From Candidatus Woesearchaeota archaeon (GTDB lineage Archaea; Nanobdellota; Nanobdellia; Woesearchaeales; JABGUJ01), in assembly GCA_018646625.1 (NCBI GenBank), contig JABGUJ010000003.1, positions 53,380 to 73,379 of the forward strand: DNA of 20,000 nt. The letters run 5' to 3'. The translations under genes and the position numbers were made by a program. Positions 16,225-20,000 of this stretch are shown one piece after another (the stretch's first letter is position 1; every line of letters starts with the position of its first letter). The notes beneath the pieces are model-generated. The model ran no database searches. It was given only the letters and a program-made list of their open reading frames with translations, and was not told the DNA's origin.

Positions 16225-16943
16225 GTTACACTAAAAGAGTAGACGGAAGAAAAAGTTTCACCGAACTTAGGCCAATCACTGCAAAAGCGGGAGTGATAGC
16301 AAGAGCAGACGGTTCTGCTTACTTCAAGATTGGTAACACTGCAGCATACGCAGCAGTTTACGGACCAAGAGAATTACATCCTAGAAACAAACAAATCCCT
16401 ACAAGAGGACTTCTAAGATGCGATTACGTTATGATGCCATTCTCAGGAATGGGAGACAGAGTAAGACCTGGCCCTAACAGAAGAGCTAAGGAAATCTCAA
16501 TGGTCACACAAAAAGCATTAGATCCTGTTTTAGATCTACAAGATTATCCTAATGCAGTAGTTGATGTATTTATCTGCTTACCAGAAACAGATGCAGGAAG
16601 CAGATGCGCAGGTATATGTGCAGCTTCAATCGCTCTAGCGGATGCAGGAGTTCCAATGAAAGACTTAATCTGTGCAGTATCGACTGGACAAGTTGGTGAC
16701 AAAGTTGTTGTTGACTTAGATTATGCAGAAGAAGCATACTCAGACGGACCAGTTTCCGACATACCAGTTGCTATGATTCCTAGCACAGGAGAATTAACTC
16801 TACTTCAAATGGATGGAGAGATCTCAAAGAAGGACTTAATGGAAGCATTAAAACTTGTAAAAGAATCTATGAATGAGATTTACGAGGTCCAGAAAAATGC
16901 ATTGAAAGATAAATACCCTGCAGGCGGTGATGATGATGAGTGA
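16221..16943 (+). CDS. rrp41: Exosome catalytic subunit Rrp41
   Basis: RVDGR, ELRPI, ADGSAY, AAVYGPRE, RRAKEIS, DAGSRCA, ALADAGVPM, LLQMDG. Confidence 0.97.
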   Translation: MSYTKRVDGRKSFTELRPITAKAGVIARADGSAYFKIGNTAAYAAVYGPRELHPRNKQIPTRGLLRCDYVMMPFSGMGDRVRPGPNRRAKEISMVTQKALDPVLDLQDYPNAVVDVFICLPETDAGSRCAGICAASIALADAGVPMKDLICAVSTGQVGDKVVVDLDYAEEAYSDGPVSDIPVAMIPSTGELTLLQMDGEISKKDLMEALKLVKESMNEIYEVQKNALKDKYPAGGDDDE

Positions 16944-17721
16944 ATCAAGAAAACACATTACTGAATATCTAAAGAAAGGTCTTAGGCTTGACGGCAGAAA
17001 ACTAGATGAGTTTAGAGAAGTCAGTGTTGAATATGGAGTTTCCAAAAATGCAGAAGGTTCTGCAAGAGTAAAAATTGGCGGAACTGAAGTTATTGCTGGT
17101 GTGAAACTAAACATCGGTACTCCTTACTCAGATAGACCCGATGAAGGAACACTAATGGTTGGCGTAGAATTATACCCCTTAGCAAGTCCAGAGTTTGAAG
17201 CAGGACCACCATCAATTGACTCTATTGAATTAGCAAGAGTTGTTGACAGAGGCATCAGAGAAGCAGGCGCTATTGATAACAAAGCTCTTTGCATTGAAAA
17301 AGGCGAAAAGATTTGGATAGTTAGCGTAGACATCTGCCCTATCAACGATGAAGGAAACTTATTTGATGCAGCAGGATTAGCAGCAATTGCAGCTATCATG
17401 GATGCAAAGTTCCCAAAAGTTGAAAAAGATGGAACAGTCAACTACAAGGAAAGGACTAAAACTCCCCTCCCAATCAAGAAAAGACCTATTCCAATAACTG
17501 TATGGAGAATAGGAAATGATTTGATTGTTGACCCTATCAACGAGGAAGAGAAATCAACAGATGCAAGATTAACAATCGCATCACTTTCTGATGGCGTTAT
17601 CTGCGCACTTCAAAAAGGCGGAGACGCAACACTAACAGTAGAAGATGTTGACAAGATGACAGACCTTGCTATAGCAAAAGCTAAAGATCTACGAAGCAAG
17701 CTAGGAGGTAAATCCAAGTGA
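16936..17721 (+). CDS. rrp42: Exosome subunit Rrp42
   Basis: GLRLDGRKLDEFR, AEGSARVKIGGT, PYSDRPDEG, FEAGPP, ELARVVDRGIRE, DEGNLFDA, VDP, QKGG. The exact start among GTG16927/ATG16930/16933/16936 is uncertain. Confidence 0.97.
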   Translation: MSESRKHITEYLKKGLRLDGRKLDEFREVSVEYGVSKNAEGSARVKIGGTEVIAGVKLNIGTPYSDRPDEGTLMVGVELYPLASPEFEAGPPSIDSIELARVVDRGIREAGAIDNKALCIEKGEKIWIVSVDICPINDEGNLFDAAGLAAIAAIMDAKFPKVEKDGTVNYKERTKTPLPIKKRPIPITVWRIGNDLIVDPINEEEKSTDARLTIASLSDGVICALQKGGDATLTVEDVDKMTDLAIAKAKDLRSKLGGKSK

Positions 17722-17963
17722 AAGTATTTGAAGAAGTAACTACAAAAGATAGACTTACCAAATATGAAAAAGCAAGAGTACTTGGTAGTCGAGCTCTACA
17801 ATTATCAATGGGAGCTCCAATGCTAGTTAAGCTTAGTAAAAAAGATTTAGAGAACATTCACTACAACCCGTTAGAGATCGCAAAGATCGAAATGGGCAAA
17901 GGTGTTCTGCCTCTAATCATAGCTAGAACTCTTCCAATGTCTAGTGTAAAAGAAGAAGCTTAA
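17718..17963 (+). CDS. rpoK: DNA-directed RNA polymerase subunit K (Rpo6)
   Basis: LTKYEKARVLGSRALQLSMGAP...NPLEIAKIEM...LPLIIAR. GTG start overlaps the rrp42 stop. SD GGAGG. Confidence 0.95.
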   Translation: MKVFEEVTTKDRLTKYEKARVLGSRALQLSMGAPMLVKLSKKDLENIHYNPLEIAKIEMGKGVLPLIIARTLPMSSVKEEA

Positions 17964-17964
17964 C

Positions 17965-17981
17965 TTTTTCTTTTTTTATTT
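17965..17981 (+). terminator. Oligo-T archaeal terminator
   Basis: TTTTTCTTTTTTTATTT immediately after the rpoK stop. Confidence 0.65.
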
Positions 17982-17998
17982 AATTTTATTTTCTTAAA

Positions 17999-18295
17999 AT
18001 GAACGAAGTCACACAAGAAAAACTGGATAAATATTTTGAAGTTACTGGTAAGGCTCTAAACAAAGTTAAAATTGTAGAAAAAGGAGAAGTAAATTTCAAA
18101 GAAGCCGGTGAAGACTTCCTAGACATGGCTACAAGATATTATCAAGATGCCAAACATTTCCAAGAAAAAGGCGACAAAGTACTTGCCTTCGCAGCCTTAA
18201 ATTACGCCCACGGCTGGCTCGACGCGGGCGCAAGACTGGGAATATTTGACGTAGACGGAGACAACGTTTTATTTACTGTCGATCCTAAAGAATAA
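17999..18295 (+). CDS. DUF357 family archaeal protein
   Basis: FLDMATRYYQDAKHFQEKGDKVLAFAALNYAHGWLDAGARLG is the characteristic signature. Confidence 0.88.
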   Translation: MNEVTQEKLDKYFEVTGKALNKVKIVEKGEVNFKEAGEDFLDMATRYYQDAKHFQEKGDKVLAFAALNYAHGWLDAGARLGIFDVDGDNVLFTVDPKE

Positions 18296-18297
18296 AT

Positions 18298-18420
18298 TCA
18301 AGGATATTTCTTATCCTGGGCTTCTCTTCTACGCTTAGCAGTTCTATTACACACCAAACATCGTCCTTTCTGCTTTATTTTTCTATTGCAATCAATACAA
18401 TAATACACTTTTTCTTCCAT
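18298..18420 (-). CDS. 40-aa zinc-finger microprotein (below the ORF-track cutoff)
   Basis: MEEKVYYCIDCNRKIKQKGRCLVCNRTAKRRREAQDKKYP*, with CxxC-x9-CxxC. SD GGAGG (18427-18431) lies 6 nt upstream. Fills the gap between neighbouring genes. Confidence 0.8.
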   Translation of the reverse strand: MEEKVYYCIDCNRKIKQKGRCLVCNRTAKRRREAQDKKYP

Positions 18421-18430
18421 TTTAAACCTC

Positions 18431-19474
18431 CTAATTTTGCTCACCAGCCAATATGCATTCAACCTCTTCATCCAGTCGATGATTCACCTCAGATTCATTA
18501 GAAAACACGTCTGCATTAACATCAGAAAATTGTTCAGCCCTACCGCTATAGAAATCTCCCAGATTGAAATTCTGAGTAGTAGTACTCAACCGTTCAACAC
18601 CTTCCCCCAAGATGGTATGAATTTGAACTGTATATCTCCCCAAAGTATCTAAAGCTTCAAAGAGTGATGCAGCAGTACTTTGTTGACGATTAAGCTGCTC
18701 ATAAATACGCTTAGTGTGCTTAACGTGCCTACTTAGTCTCTCAGTCTTTTCATATAATGACTCACACATATGCAAAGATAACCTGGTTGTTGTTTCAATT
18801 ACATCCAAGAACTTGCTCTCCCGTTCCAAATCCACTATCGCCTCATTACCCATTTCATAATCATGCTTATATTCCAAAACACGCCTACAAAGAGTCGCTC
18901 TGGCTTTAACATACTGAAAACGATCTTCACCAGAAGCACCAGTTAACGCCTTCTCAACAACCGCAAGATCATCTAGAGTTTCACGCATCCCAGTCTTTAA
19001 TTCACCACGACGCCCTGCAAGTTGTTCATAATTATCCATAACTTCAACAGAATAACCCTCTAGACCAACCAACTCGTCTCGTGCAGAAACATTTATTTTT
19101 CTCAAAGAAGTATTAATCTTACCAATATGATCTAACTGAACATCAAACAATTGTTCTACAGTATAAGCAGGTTTGCCCATTAATTTGAAAATCCAAGAAC
19201 GCAGGTAATATCCTGCTTTCGAGTACCAACTTCTTTGAGAATTTACTACTTTCTCAATTTGATCTTCAATCCTAACCAACTCTTCTACATCTGTTTGAAG
19301 AGCAGAATAATGTAACAAAGAACTCGATGTACCCCTAGAAACAGAACTAGACCTTACTTTCTCCACCAAACTCGCATATACAGAATCAGAATGTGTAGAA
19401 GGTAACGCACCCCCCAGATTAGATAATATTCTCTCTAACCTTAAATCATCAACCTTAATCTCAGTCTCAACCAT
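18431..19474 (-). CDS. Long alpha-helical/coiled-coil hypothetical protein (347 aa)
   Basis: Only two Pro, with heptad-like runs throughout. TATTTAAC (minus strand 19495-19502) lies about 21 nt upstream of the ATG. Weak resemblance to TelA-type proteins. Confidence 0.75.
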   Translation of the reverse strand: MVETEIKVDDLRLERILSNLGGALPSTHSDSVYASLVEKVRSSSVSRGTSSSLLHYSALQTDVEELVRIEDQIEKVVNSQRSWYSKAGYYLRSWIFKLMGKPAYTVEQLFDVQLDHIGKINTSLRKINVSARDELVGLEGYSVEVMDNYEQLAGRRGELKTGMRETLDDLAVVEKALTGASGEDRFQYVKARATLCRRVLEYKHDYEMGNEAIVDLERESKFLDVIETTTRLSLHMCESLYEKTERLSRHVKHTKRIYEQLNRQQSTAASLFEALDTLGRYTVQIHTILGEGVERLSTTTQNFNLGDFYSGRAEQFSDVNADVFSNESEVNHRLDEEVECILAGEQN

Positions 19475-19599
19475 AAAGAGAAAGAATAAACAAAGTTAAA
19501 TATGCATATTGCAACGAAAACAGGAAGAAACATCAGCAAAGACGAAAGATACACAGAGAAAACGAAAACAATGCAAAAACAAGACAATAACTAAACAAT

Positions 19600-20000
19600 C
19601 TACGAATTTTCAGAAATATTATCAAGATCATCCTCACTCAAATCACAAAAAAAACCCTCGCTTTTCAATTCATCAACTTGGTAATAAATCTCAACTTTGC
19701 TACAGTAACAATTCAGAGTTTCAAGAAAATCATGAGAATCGGCAACATTTCTAAATAATCCTTCAATAAAAAAGCCAGAAGTTGTTCTTTGCAAACAGTT
19801 AATATTTATGCTTGAAGATAAATGAGTTATCAATTCATCACGAGAATTAATTCTAGGCTTTAGAAAAACTAATACCCTAACAGAATAACCTAAACGAGAA
19901 TAGTCCAACACAGAATAAAATCTTCTCATAACAGTACCCAACGTAGAAACCATCTTACCAACAGTAGCAGGAGAACGGCCTACAAAACCCGTCAAGCTAT
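19600..20000 (-). CDS. Lrp/AsnC family transcriptional regulator (5' truncated by window edge)
   Basis: The frame stays open past the edge, so the track's TTG is probably not the start. End of HTH GRSPATV, linker FYSVLDYSRLGY, then a RAM-like domain (VLVFLK...INCLQRTTSGFFIEGLF). Confidence 0.8.
   Translation of the reverse strand, partial: SLTGFVGRSPATVGKMVSTLGTVMRRFYSVLDYSRLGYSVRVLVFLKPRINSRDELITHLSSSININCLQRTTSGFFIEGLFRNVADSHDFLETLNCYCSKVEIYYQVDELKSEGFFCDLSEDDLDNISENS

Noticed and set aside
16921..16943. GGTGATGATGATGAGTGA triplet repeat as a slippage or phase-variation site
   Set aside because: It is explained by an SD plus overlapping rrp41 end (GDDDE) and rrp42 start codons, which is common in archaeal operons.
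1308..17441. Short antisense or alternate-frame ORFs in the track (e.g. 1308..1574, 2371..2613, 7527..7919, 15311..15619, 17124..17441)
   Set aside because: They overlap well-supported genes and have no motifs or initiation signals, so they are shadow ORFs.
19509..19754. 81-aa plus-strand ORF
   Set aside because: Low-complexity translation of an A-rich intergenic tract that overlaps the Lrp gene antisense, with a TTG start and no SD.
1..20000. CRISPR array, rRNA or recognisable defence system
   Set aside because: No regularly spaced repeats, no long GC-rich structural RNA, and no recognisable cas, restriction-modification or toxin-antitoxin genes.

Overview
AT-rich archaeal chromosomal segment, most likely from a DPANN (Woesearchaeota-like) genome. 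The taxonomy is inferred from gene content, TATA-box promoters and GGAGG/GAGGTGA ribosome-binding sites, not from a database search. Most of the window is housekeeping: a partial MnmD-type tRNA methyltransferase, tRNA-Arg(GCG), class II LysRS, an HPF-like/pgi operon, an MtaB-type methylthiotransferase, and a rearranged RNase P-proteasome-exosome superoperon (pop5-psmA-SBDS-rrp4-rrp41-rrp42) that ends in rpoK. I see no CRISPR array, transposase or integrase. The best candidate for an undescribed system is a RimB-like protease paired with a RimK glutamate ligase that carries an AbrB-like C-terminal domain, in an organism lacking the usual substrate bS6. Other leads are a stand-alone HPF/RaiA-like protein behind a palindrome-rich promoter, a possible pseudoknotted leader upstream of pop5, tandem diverged methyltransferase paralogues coupled to a signal peptidase, an unannotated 40-aa zinc-finger microprotein, and a probable non-AUG start.
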